A stretch of DNA of 64,000 nucleotides. It comes from Clostridia bacterium. GTDB taxonomy: Bacteria > Bacillota > Clostridia > Monoglobales > Monoglobaceae. Position 1 is the first letter of the stretch, and every line of letters begins with the position of its first letter. Below, one piece after another: positions 1-11,038 of this stretch. The DNA lies in assembly GCA_045646365.1 (NCBI GenBank), contig JAZRKP010000010.1, positions 42,820 through 106,819 of the forward strand. The letters run 5' to 3'. The notes beneath the pieces are model-generated. The model saw only the letters and a program-made list of their open reading frames with translations. It had not been told where the DNA came from and ran no database searches. Both the position numbers and the translations under genes were made by a program.

Positions 1-2387
1 ACGGACAAGACCATGCATCTGATGATAAAGTTTCATTCAATCTTTTGAAGATTGTTGACGGTGTAACATATCCTGCGTCAAATACAGTTACTCTCTCTGC
101 CGGTAGCTGTGAAGGCTATAATTACACAACAGATACAACTTCAAATGTTTCCAGATATATTGCAGATACAAAGGTGTTTTACGGTGAAAAAGATGCAGAA
201 TATTCTGTTTCGTGTGCGATGTCAGGTTACGCAGTTAAATCAGTAACTTCAACTAAAGATTCTGAAGGAAACACAGATGTTGAAGTTGTTCTTAACTATG
301 AGCCTAACAATTTTGACCTTAAATTTGATGTAAAAATGGAAGAGAGCGTTCCATCTTACCTTTATCCTGCAGGCGTAAACATACAGGTTACATATTGGGG
401 ACTTGATAAAACAGGCAACCTTGGGTGGCACATCATTGAACAGCATAAAGACGGTACAGTAGTTCCAGTAGGCATTGATACACAGGGAAAGGGGAAAGGC
501 TCATATCCCGTATGGCAGTTATGGTCTAATTCCGATAACCCTCAAGCGCAGAACTACCTTTCTGATGTTTCTCAACCGTATTACTACCGTATAGAAGTTG
601 TTTCATACATCCTTGCTGACGGTACTATTGTAACAAATTCAGCAAATGCATTTAAAAGCACAGTGAATGTGGTTGATGGTGGAGGAATTCCTACATATCC
701 AGACACAAGTGCTACGGAAGATGCAGGTGCATATTATGCAAGCAGTGTGCAAAACGGTACTCCGGTTGCTACAATTTCAATCGAAAGCTACAACCTTACT
801 TTCGATGCCAATGGCGGTAAGATTCAAAACGAAGATACCCTTACTCTTGAAAAACAGTTTGTAATTCCCGATACCATCAAATATGTTCCCGTAAGAGACG
901 GAGGATATGTGTTTAACGGCTGGTACACAGATAAAGAATGTACTAAAAAAGCCGTTGATGGCTCCCGACTTAACGGCAATACAACACTTTATGCAGGGTG
1001 GAAAGAACCTCTTGCAATCAGCGGTGAAATTACAGTAGACGGATTCTATTATATTGACAATGAAAAGGTTGATGTTCTTGATGTTGACCGTGCAACAAAT
1101 CTTGTAACAACACTTCAGATTAAGCGTAATGGTACATACAATGATTATGCGAGTGCGGATGCAAAGCTTAATTATGTTAATGATATTGCGACAGTAACTT
1201 ATAACTTTGATGAGATTGCAAATTCAGGTGATGAATACAGAATCAGAGTTGCACTTATCAACTATGAAACAACATATGATAACAATAGTGATAAGAATTT
1301 TGCGGAGAGTGAGTATGTAGCTATATTCAACCAGGCAAGAGAAGCAAAGGTTGATGCAAAGCTTACATTCAAGGCTGATGAATTTGTGCAGAGTTACAAA
1401 ATTGATGCAACGCGTATCGGTAAGGATTACAGACCATCAAATGGTATTATCCAGATTCTTTTCCAGACAACAGGGTCTAATCCTCCAAATACTGTGATTT
1501 CTCAGCACGAAGTAGAACCTTTCGGTGAGGAACTCACATTTGCAGATGGAGTAGCAACGGGTAGTGTTAAGCTCTGGAAGGGAATTTCAAGCGGTGCAAT
1601 GTCAAGCTATCAGCTTAAACTCAGCAAGCTTGACGGAACAGATTACACACACGAATCACCTTACAGTGTAAGATACGGTGCAACAACAAGCTGGAACACA
1701 GCGGATAATGAAGCCGGTGTTCTTACTGCAACAATAGTTCCAAAGGAATATGTTGTTAATTTCGACCTTGATGCAAACGGCGATACTATTGGCAATATGG
1801 AAATATTTGCATCCGAAGATGGTGGATACTTTACAATACATAAGTGGAGCTACGATACTAAAATTGCAGCTAACCCTACAAGAGATGGATATGTATTCCT
1901 CGGTTGGGAAGCAGTTGAAGAAGGCACATTCAACGAAACAACTCAGTCAGTAGTAGGCAGTGTTGCAAAAGATATTACTCTTAAGGCTAAGTGGGGACAG
2001 TTCAAATGGACAACAAATACTGATTCTGGTTATTTTGAAACAGAAGAGGGCAAGAAGGCAGTAGTAAGATTCCTGTTTGATATTGAAACAACAAATGAAT
2101 TCAGGGAGAAAATTACAGAGACAGGAATTAAATTTATTAAGTCCGGAAATATCGGTGATAAAGTAGAAGACAGCGGATTTACCGGAGAGAATTTGACAGG
2201 TAGTGAAACAACATTCTATGGTGATATAGTTAATATTACCGAGGAGAACGCAACCATGACATATTTTGCAGTTGCATATGTGATTTGCGACGGAGAGGTA
2301 TTCTGGTCATTGCCGGTTGAATGTGGACCTGATTTTAGTGATTTAATTATATATGAGAGAGGTATTGTTGATGAAAAAATACAGTAA
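1..2387 (+). CDS. Large secreted/surface protein with Listeria-Bacteroides (InlB B-repeat / Flg_new type) repeats; 5' end lies outside the window
   Basis: The reading frame is open from nt 3 through the listed TTG at 45, so the gene starts upstream. Two repeat signatures are present: DGGYVFNGWYTDKECTKKAVDGSRLNGNTTLYAGW and RDGYVFLGWEAVEEG...ITLKAKW. Confidence 0.7.
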   Translation, partial: GQDHASDDKVSFNLLKIVDGVTYPASNTVTLSAGSCEGYNYTTDTTSNVSRYIADTKVFYGEKDAEYSVSCAMSGYAVKSVTSTKDSEGNTDVEVVLNYEPNNFDLKFDVKMEESVPSYLYPAGVNIQVTYWGLDKTGNLGWHIIEQHKDGTVVPVGIDTQGKGKGSYPVWQLWSNSDNPQAQNYLSDVSQPYYYRIEVVSYILADGTIVTNSANAFKSTVNVVDGGGIPTYPDTSATEDAGAYYASSVQNGTPVATISIESYNLTFDANGGKIQNEDTLTLEKQFVIPDTIKYVPVRDGGYVFNGWYTDKECTKKAVDGSRLNGNTTLYAGWKEPLAISGEITVDGFYYIDNEKVDVLDVDRATNLVTTLQIKRNGTYNDYASADAKLNYVNDIATVTYNFDEIANSGDEYRIRVALINYETTYDNNSDKNFAESEYVAIFNQAREAKVDAKLTFKADEFVQSYKIDATRIGKDYRPSNGIIQILFQTTGSNPPNTVISQHEVEPFGEELTFADGVATGSVKLWKGISSGAMSSYQLKLSKLDGTDYTHESPYSVRYGATTSWNTADNEAGVLTATIVPKEYVVNFDLDANGDTIGNMEIFASEDGGYFTIHKWSYDTKIAANPTRDGYVFLGWEAVEEGTFNETTQSVVGSVAKDITLKAKWGQFKWTTNTDSGYFETEEGKKAVVRFLFDIETTNEFREKITETGIKFIKSGNIGDKVEDSGFTGENLTGSETTFYGDIVNITEENATMTYFAVAYVICDGEVFWSLPVECGPDFSDLIIYERGIVDEKIQ

Positions 2388-2538
2388 ACCAGATATGAAT
2401 GTTGAATTATTTGAAATTGAAGATGTGATAACAACAAGTGGAGATGGAAACAAGAACGGCAGATCTCTTACAAAAATAGTTAACGGCAACGAAGGAATTG
2501 GTTATGGTTCTCAGGAAATGACAATTTTCATTGATTAG
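2371..2538 (+). CDS. Small hypothetical protein (55 aa), Cys-free, with a KKYSKPDMNVELFEIEDVITTS N-terminus
   Basis: GAGAGAGG lies 8 nt before the ATG at 2371, which is preferred over the listed 2353 start. It overlaps the stop of the upstream surface-protein gene by 17 nt. No family assigned. Confidence 0.45.
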   Translation: MKKYSKPDMNVELFEIEDVITTSGDGNKNGRSLTKIVNGNEGIGYGSQEMTIFID

Positions 2539-2549
2539 GAGAAGTTCTT

Positions 2550-3002
2550 ATGAGAAAATATGTACTGTCGTTAGTGACAATTTTGATTTTACTGTTTGTA
2601 AATGTAAATGCCGAAGCAAAAGAAGTTACGGTCAGGGTAGACAATATTGTTGTTAAATCCCCTGTTCCGGCACAGATAGTAAATGGCAGAACAATGCTTC
2701 CGATGCGCTCAATATTTGAGCGTATCGGTGCAAAGGTAACATGGATGGGGTCTGAAAAAATCATATTTGCAACAAAGGGGAGCTCCCTTATTACCATGCA
2801 AATAGATAATAATATTATGTCCGTTCAGCATATTGATAATGATGAAGTCATTAAAATAGAACTTGACGCAGCACCTTTTGCTATAAACGGGTCAACTATT
2901 GTCCCTGTCCGTGCAGTGGCTGAAAGCCTCGGTTGCAGTGTTGAATGGGATAATAAGACCTATACAGTGGATATAACGACAACGCCAGAAGAGGGAGAAT
3001 AA
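2550..3002 (+). CDS. Secreted copper-amine-oxidase N-terminal (stalk) domain protein
   Basis: Signal peptide MRKYVLSLVTILILLFVNVNAEA. Two halves carry the stalk-domain signature: IVNGRTMLPMRSIFERIGAKVTW and INGSTIVPVRAVAESLGCSVEWD. Confidence 0.75.
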   Translation: MRKYVLSLVTILILLFVNVNAEAKEVTVRVDNIVVKSPVPAQIVNGRTMLPMRSIFERIGAKVTWMGSEKIIFATKGSSLITMQIDNNIMSVQHIDNDEVIKIELDAAPFAINGSTIVPVRAVAESLGCSVEWDNKTYTVDITTTPEEGE

Positions 3003-3007
3003 AGTAT

Positions 3008-3475
3008 ATGAATTCGCCCGTTTTTAAAAAGAGGTTTGTTGTATACAGGCGTGTTGCAGAACTCTTACTGTCAAGCATTTTTTTGTCCTTGATAATTACA
3101 TTTCTTAATATAACAGGAAGAGTTGTTAACCGAATAAGTATCTTTTTAATGATATCAGTTTTTGTGTTGGTATTCACGATTAACAACTTCAGGAATTTAA
3201 GAGAGTGTTATTGTGATATACGCGATAAAAAATTATTTTTTATACTCAATTTTTTGTCGTACGCAATCTTTGCCGGTATAAATTTTGTGGTTTTATTTTT
3301 TGCAAACAGTGAAGTATATACATGGTTGTTTTCGATAACAAAAGGATTAAGATTTCTTTATGTTGATGTCATTTATTCCGTTTTGCTTTTTCATTTTATT
3401 CAATTACTATGTATTATCGTATCAACTATTGGTATGGAATGGGTTTTTGATGAAAATGACGAAGATGAATGGTAA
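3008..3475 (+). CDS. Hypothetical integral membrane protein (about 4 TM segments, acidic C-terminus)
   Basis: The ORF starts 6 nt after the previous stop. It has hydrophobic segments and no recognisable motif. Confidence 0.5.
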   Translation: MNSPVFKKRFVVYRRVAELLLSSIFLSLIITFLNITGRVVNRISIFLMISVFVLVFTINNFRNLRECYCDIRDKKLFFILNFLSYAIFAGINFVVLFFANSEVYTWLFSITKGLRFLYVDVIYSVLLFHFIQLLCIIVSTIGMEWVFDENDEDEW

Positions 3476-3597
3476 AGAAAATCCTGAGCCACTCGACGGG
3501 AGTGCTATTAAAAAAGAAATCAGTACGATTATTTCTCAACGAGCAAACAGAACCATGGAAACAGTAAAACATTATTAAAGCAAGGAAGATTTTTAAT

Positions 3598-3763
3598 ATG
3601 TTAAACTCAAAAGAATTAAGAGTAAAAGCTTGGGAGTCGCTTAAAAGTAAGTATTGGATGGGGAGTTCTTTGTGTTCTGCCTCTTGGTATAGGAACATTC
3701 TTCCTTATTACCTACATAAATGCTGCAAATGCTGAATTTTATGCAGAATTAAAAAATAATTAA
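3598..3763 (+). pseudogene. Remnant of a DUF975-family membrane protein gene (N-terminal about 21 codons joined out of frame to C-terminal about 30 codons)
   Basis: Frame 1 gives MLNSKELRVKAWESLKSKYWMG, which is DUF975-like at the N-terminus, then stops at 3735. A shifted frame reads ...GVLCVLPLGIGTFFLITYINAANAEFYAELKNN*, a DUF975-like C-terminus. The whole central region is missing. Confidence 0.4.
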
Positions 3764-3788
3764 AATTATTTAAAAGGAGATTATCGAA

Positions 3789-4085
3789 ATGACTATTGAA
3801 AAGAAAATTAACCAGGATGCAGTAATGCTTATTGTATCAGGAAGACTTGATACACAAACAGCACCACAACTTGAAAACGAACTTGATGAAGTTCTTGCTG
3901 ATGCTAAGGAATTGATATTTGATATGACAAACCTTGAATATGTTTCATCTGCAGGACTCAGAGTAATACTGAAAGCTCAGAAAGTAATGAACACACAGGG
4001 CAGTATGAAGCTTACAGGTGTAAATGACAGCATTATGGAAGTGTTTGATATTACAGGCTTTTTAGATATTCTCACAATCGAATAG
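3789..4085 (+). CDS. STAS-domain protein (anti-sigma-factor antagonist, SpoIIAA/RsbV-like)
   Basis: 98 aa. RLDTQTAPQLENEL and the motif LEYVSSAGLRVILKA contain the conserved Ser position. The RBS AAGGAG lies upstream. Confidence 0.85.
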   Translation: MTIEKKINQDAVMLIVSGRLDTQTAPQLENELDEVLADAKELIFDMTNLEYVSSAGLRVILKAQKVMNTQGSMKLTGVNDSIMEVFDITGFLDILTIE

Positions 4086-4158
4086 AGAGAGTGATTTATA
4101 TGAAAAGTATTAAAATATACTTATTCTTGTTATCGCACTAAGTTAGGAGGAAACTTAA

Positions 4159-4782
4159 TTGAAATCAAATGTTTGTAAATTAAATAAAGATTTAACCTGC
4201 CTCAAAGCAGTTCTTGACGAGGTAGAAAAAGTAACCGCATATAATGGTCTTGAAGAGAAAAAAGCATTAAGGCTTCGTCTTTTGGCGGAAGAACTTTGTG
4301 GTATGCTTCCGGGACTTGTTGAAAACTTCAGCGGAAACTTTTGGGCAGAAAATGACGGTGAGACCTATGAACTTCATGTAGAGCTTAAAGCAGAGGATAT
4401 GAATATTGATTTAAGAGATGAACTTATTTCCATTTCGAAATCCGGCAAAAATGCTGCAGCAAAAGGAGTTATGGGCAAAATCAGAGCGGTTGCAGAAACA
4501 ATGCTTCTTGCGGCATTTGACCCGACTCTTCCAATCCCCGAAGGTGAGTTTTATGATGGTCACGGCTTCAATATGGGATTTGGTTATGTCGATACAACAA
4601 TTTCCTGTGAAACAGGATACATATATTCGTGGTCACTTTATAACTATAAAATAGCAGTTGAAGAAAATGAAAAGGATGCGTATGCAGAACTTGAACGCTC
4701 TATTGTTGCAAAGCTTGCCGACGATATTATCGTAGGTGTTCGCGGTAAAAATGTTGAAATTGTTGTTAAAAAAGTCTTTTGA
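4159..4782 (+). CDS. Hypothetical protein co-transcribed with the STAS gene
   Basis: TTG start 7 nt after AGGAGG, and a terminator immediately downstream. I see no confident domain match. Confidence 0.6.
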   Translation: MKSNVCKLNKDLTCLKAVLDEVEKVTAYNGLEEKKALRLRLLAEELCGMLPGLVENFSGNFWAENDGETYELHVELKAEDMNIDLRDELISISKSGKNAAAKGVMGKIRAVAETMLLAAFDPTLPIPEGEFYDGHGFNMGFGYVDTTISCETGYIYSWSLYNYKIAVEENEKDAYAELERSIVAKLADDIIVGVRGKNVEIVVKKVF

Positions 4783-4865
4783 TATTGTTTACGATTTTAT
4801 TAAAGGGGATAACCGCAAAGACAGATAAGCATCTGAATAAAAAAGATTTTAAAATTCTAACAATG

Positions 4866-4906
4866 AAAAAACACGATTAACTGATTTTGTTTAATCGTGT
4901 TTTTTA
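4866..4906. terminator. Bidirectional rho-independent terminator between convergent genes
   Basis: acacgattaa (4871-4880) pairs with ttaatcgtgt (4891-4900). An A-run flanks one side and a T-run the other. Confidence 0.75.
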
Positions 4907-4916
4907 TTGTTTGTGT

Positions 4917-7799
<2,883 letters not shown>

Positions 7800-7924
7800 C
7801 TATAATATACTATAAATAAAGCAGAGTTGTCAAGAACAAACATTCTGTGAGGCAACATAATTTTCCCGTATATATTACTTGAATATTGCAATGATTTGAG
7901 TAAGAATAAGATATCGGATAGGGA

Positions 7925-7953
7925 TTGACTTTTAAAATATAAAGTGATATAAT
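7925..7953 (+). promoter_or_regulatory. Sigma-A type promoter
   Basis: TTGACT (7925-7930), a 17-nt spacer, then TATAAT (7948-7953), with TG at the extended -10 position. Confidence 0.55.
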
Positions 7954-7993
7954 GTAAGAAAATTGTATGTATACAAATTTTGGGAGGATTATT

Positions 7994-8455
7994 ATGAATA
8001 AGAAAACACTTTCGTTAGTAGGTATGATTGTAGGTTTTGTGTTTGTGCTGGTAGGTATTTTATCTCTCAGCGGAGCATTGGGCGGAAACACTTCGTATCC
8101 TGGCAGCGCCCCATATTCTTATGACTCAGGTTACGCAACTTTTGGCGCTGATTATTATACATATACTGTAAACAACGGCGCTGAAACAGCAAGTGCAGCA
8201 AGAACAACAGCATCAAATCTTGGCGATATTGCAGACTTTCTTAAAGTATTCTGCGGATTGTTCTCAATGTGTTTTGGTGCAGTAATCGTTTGTTGCTTCG
8301 GAATTTACCGTGCAGGTTTAAAGGAAGCGGAAATAAAGGTTGCGGTTGAAGAAACTGTAGCTGAAGAGATTGTTGCGGAAGAAATTCCGGCAGAGGAAGT
8401 TGTAACTGAGGAAACAGAAGAAGTTGTTGCTGAAGAAGTGGCTTCTGAAGAATAA
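7994..8455 (+). CDS. Hypothetical membrane protein with an acidic VAEE-rich C-terminal tail
   Basis: GGGAGG lies 7 nt before the ATG at 7994, preferred over the listed 7967. There are two hydrophobic segments, and the tail reads EETVAEEIVAEEIPAEEVVTEETEEVVAEEVASEE. Confidence 0.6.
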   Translation: MNKKTLSLVGMIVGFVFVLVGILSLSGALGGNTSYPGSAPYSYDSGYATFGADYYTYTVNNGAETASAARTTASNLGDIADFLKVFCGLFSMCFGAVIVCCFGIYRAGLKEAEIKVAVEETVAEEIVAEEIPAEEVVTEETEEVVAEEVASEE

Positions 8456-8460
8456 TTACT

Positions 8461-8499
8461 ATAAGACAGGTTTTGCGTTGCGGAATCTGTCTTATTTTG
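8461..8499 (+). terminator. Rho-independent terminator
   Basis: ataagacag (8461-8469) pairs with ctgtcttat (8487-8495), followed by a T-run. Confidence 0.6.
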
Positions 8500-8513
8500 T
8501 GAGGAAAGAACGG

Positions 8514-8542
8514 TTGACTTAAATATAACAGTGTGATATAAT
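8514..8542 (+). promoter_or_regulatory. Sigma-A type promoter
   Basis: TTGACT, a 17-nt spacer, then TATAAT with the upstream TGTGA extended -10 element. Confidence 0.55.
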
Positions 8543-8596
8543 CAAAAATGTTTACAGGAAATTGTAAAACAATATATTTAGAGAGGTATTTATATT

Positions 8597-9220
8597 ATGA
8601 AAAAACTAATTGCTTTATTACTTACACTTGTTTGTGCAGTATCCCTTGTGGGGTGTGGCGGAAGTGAAGAAAGCGAGCTTCTTGCAACAGAGACAGCAGT
8701 AGGCTTTCTGGATGCGTTGGCGGCATTGGATGTTGAAGCTATGAGTTCATATCTTGATGATTCGGAGGCAATTCCGGAAACTGCAAAGAATTTGAATGTT
8801 GAAAACATTCTTGCGAACTTACCTGAAGAAATGGTGGCGTATGAAGATAATTTCAAAGAAATGGCAGAAGCTATAATTGCGAAATTATCGAGTTATTCAT
8901 CTTATGAAATAACAGAAGTTGCTGATAACGGCGGAGAATATGTATTTACTGCTGACTTTGTCAGTGCTGAACTTGAAGAAAATTTCTTTGAAACAGCGCT
9001 CGGACAGGAAAATCTTATAGAAATCCTTAATGCGTTAGTTGAGAGCGGACAAATAGACGAAACAACAACTGATGACGAGGCGATGAATTTGATATTTGCT
9101 GAGATTGTTTCGATTATAAATGAGATGGAGCTTGAAACATCAGAAAGCAATAAGGAAATAACAGTTTACGAAAAAGACGGTAAATGGGTAGTAAACGCTG
9201 AAAAGAGCAATATAAAATAA
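8597..9220 (+). CDS. Hypothetical lipoprotein
   Basis: Signal peptide with the lipobox LVGC (MKKLIALLLTLVCAVSLVGCGG). The mature part is acidic. Confidence 0.7.
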   Translation: MKKLIALLLTLVCAVSLVGCGGSEESELLATETAVGFLDALAALDVEAMSSYLDDSEAIPETAKNLNVENILANLPEEMVAYEDNFKEMAEAIIAKLSSYSSYEITEVADNGGEYVFTADFVSAELEENFFETALGQENLIEILNALVESGQIDETTTDDEAMNLIFAEIVSIINEMELETSESNKEITVYEKDGKWVVNAEKSNIK

Positions 9221-9230
9221 ATTGTTACTA

Positions 9231-9262
9231 AAATGGTACAGAGAAAATCTGTACCATTTTTT
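9231..9262 (+). terminator. Rho-independent terminator
   Basis: aaatggtacag pairs with ctgtaccattt, followed by a T-run. Confidence 0.7.
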
Positions 9263-9312
9263 AATTGAAGAGTAATAGCAAAAGTCGATTATATTATATC
9301 AAAATGATGTGC

Positions 9313-9341
9313 TTGATTTATAAATAACCGTGTGATATACT
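9313..9341 (+). promoter_or_regulatory. Sigma-A type promoter
   Basis: TTGATT, a 17-nt spacer, then TATACT with the TGTGA extension. Confidence 0.5.
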
Positions 9342-9370
9342 ATATTTATAATTTAAAAAGGAGAAAAAAT

Positions 9371-10999
9371 ATGGTAAAACTTGATATAAAAAATGTTTCG
9401 TCTCTTGAGAAGATTTTGCCTGAAAAGAAAATTGAGTGTAAGACCGTTTCGAAAGGCAGTATGTTAAAGTGTGAAGAATTTTCTTATCAGCTTGCTTTTA
9501 TGGCGGAGGAAAATATTCACGGGATTAAGGAACTTCAGCTTGAAATCGTTTCGGATATTGCTGAAAATATTTCTCTTTATAATGTTAGATGTGTACCTGT
9601 TTTGAATCCGTTGTTTTATGATGAGCCTGATGATAACTATTTGCTGACAAAACCGGGATTTATGCCTGATATTCTTGACGAATACACAGATTATGTTATG
9701 GTGTCATCAAACTATTACAGTGCAGTATGGGTGAGCGTCAAGGCGGATGAGAATGTTAAGGCGGGTATCCATAATATAAAGATTCTATTCAAAGACGAAG
9801 AAGGCGTATGGGGAGAGAGCAATTTTGAGCTTGAAATTATTGATGAAAAGCTTCCGAAATTACATATTCCATACACAAACTGGTTCCATTGCGATTGTAT
9901 TTCATCGTATTATGAAGTTGAGCCATTATCGGAAAAACACTGGGAACTTATAGAAAACTATATCAAAGTTGCGGCAGAACACGGAATGAATATGATTCTG
10001 ACACCGGTATTTACTCCGCCACTTGATACAAAGGTCGGACTTGAAAGACCAACAGTTCAGCTTGTTGATGTTGCTTTTGAAAACGGAACATATACCTTTA
10101 ACTTTGACAAACTTTCAAAATGGCTGAAACTTTGCCGTGAAAACGGAATAGAATACCTTGAAATTTCTCATTTATACAGCCAGTGGGGTGCAGAGCATAC
10201 CCCTAAAGTTGAGGTTACGGAAAATGGAAAAACCATAAAGAAATTTGGTTGGCATACAGATTCGTTAGGTGAAGAATATAAGTCGTTTATTTCACAGTTT
10301 GTTCCAGCTCTTAGAGAATATTTAAGCGGAAAATGGGACGAGAGTAAAATATTCTTCCATATTTCTGATGAGCCGAATGAAAAGCACCTTGCAACATACG
10401 GCGAAATCCGTAAATTTCTGAAACCGCTTCTTGGGGATATTAAGCAGATGGATGCAATGTCCCACTATGAATTTTTGGAGAATAAATATGTAGATATCCC
10501 CGTTGTTGCAACGACTGCAGTTTATGATTTCATTGATAATGGTATTGAAGATTTGTGGGTTTATTACTGTTGCGGACAGGGTAAATTCAATTTGAGTAAC
10601 CGGTTTTTAGGGATGTCATCTCAAAGAAACAGAGTTATCGGAATTCAACTATATAAATATGCGGTAAAAGGATTTTTGCAATGGGGATATAATTTCTATT
10701 ACAGTCAGCTTTCCACCCACCTTGTAAATCCGTATCTGACAACAGAATCTGACGGCGGATTCCCTGCCGGGGATGCCTTTTCGGTATATCCGGGAAGGAA
10801 AGGGGCTGTTCCGTCAATCCGAATTAAAGTGTTCAATGAAGCATTACAGGATTTGAGAGCATTAAAACTTCTTGAAGATAAAATTGGCAGAGATGCAGTT
10901 ATGGAAATGGTAGAAAAAGTCGAAAGCTTTAATGTTTATCCAAGTGATGCAGAATATTTTATTGCGTTAAGAGAAGCTATAAACGAAAAGTTAAGATAA
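9371..10999 (+). CDS. DUF4091-domain protein (glycoside-hydrolase-like)
   Basis: AAAGGAG RBS and ATG at 9371. The N-terminus MVKLDIKNVSSLEKILPEKK and the overall length are typical of DUF4091 proteins as I recall them. Assigned from memory, not from a search. Confidence 0.55.
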   Translation: MVKLDIKNVSSLEKILPEKKIECKTVSKGSMLKCEEFSYQLAFMAEENIHGIKELQLEIVSDIAENISLYNVRCVPVLNPLFYDEPDDNYLLTKPGFMPDILDEYTDYVMVSSNYYSAVWVSVKADENVKAGIHNIKILFKDEEGVWGESNFELEIIDEKLPKLHIPYTNWFHCDCISSYYEVEPLSEKHWELIENYIKVAAEHGMNMILTPVFTPPLDTKVGLERPTVQLVDVAFENGTYTFNFDKLSKWLKLCRENGIEYLEISHLYSQWGAEHTPKVEVTENGKTIKKFGWHTDSLGEEYKSFISQFVPALREYLSGKWDESKIFFHISDEPNEKHLATYGEIRKFLKPLLGDIKQMDAMSHYEFLENKYVDIPVVATTAVYDFIDNGIEDLWVYYCCGQGKFNLSNRFLGMSSQRNRVIGIQLYKYAVKGFLQWGYNFYYSQLSTHLVNPYLTTESDGGFPAGDAFSVYPGRKGAVPSIRIKVFNEALQDLRALKLLEDKIGRDAVMEMVEKVESFNVYPSDAEYFIALREAINEKLR

Positions 11000-11028
11000 A
11001 AAATGCACCCGACAGGGTGCATTTTTTT
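10998..11028. terminator. Bidirectional rho-independent terminator
   Basis: aaaaatgcaccc gaca gggtgcattttt lies between convergent genes. Confidence 0.8.
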
Positions 11029-11038
11029 ATGTGCTAAA

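Noticed and set aside
8330-8455. A repetitive GAAGA/GTTGC-rich DNA stretch at the 3' end of the 7994..8455 gene
   Set aside because: It encodes an in-frame acidic (V/I)AEE low-complexity tail. It is not a non-coding or mobile repeat.
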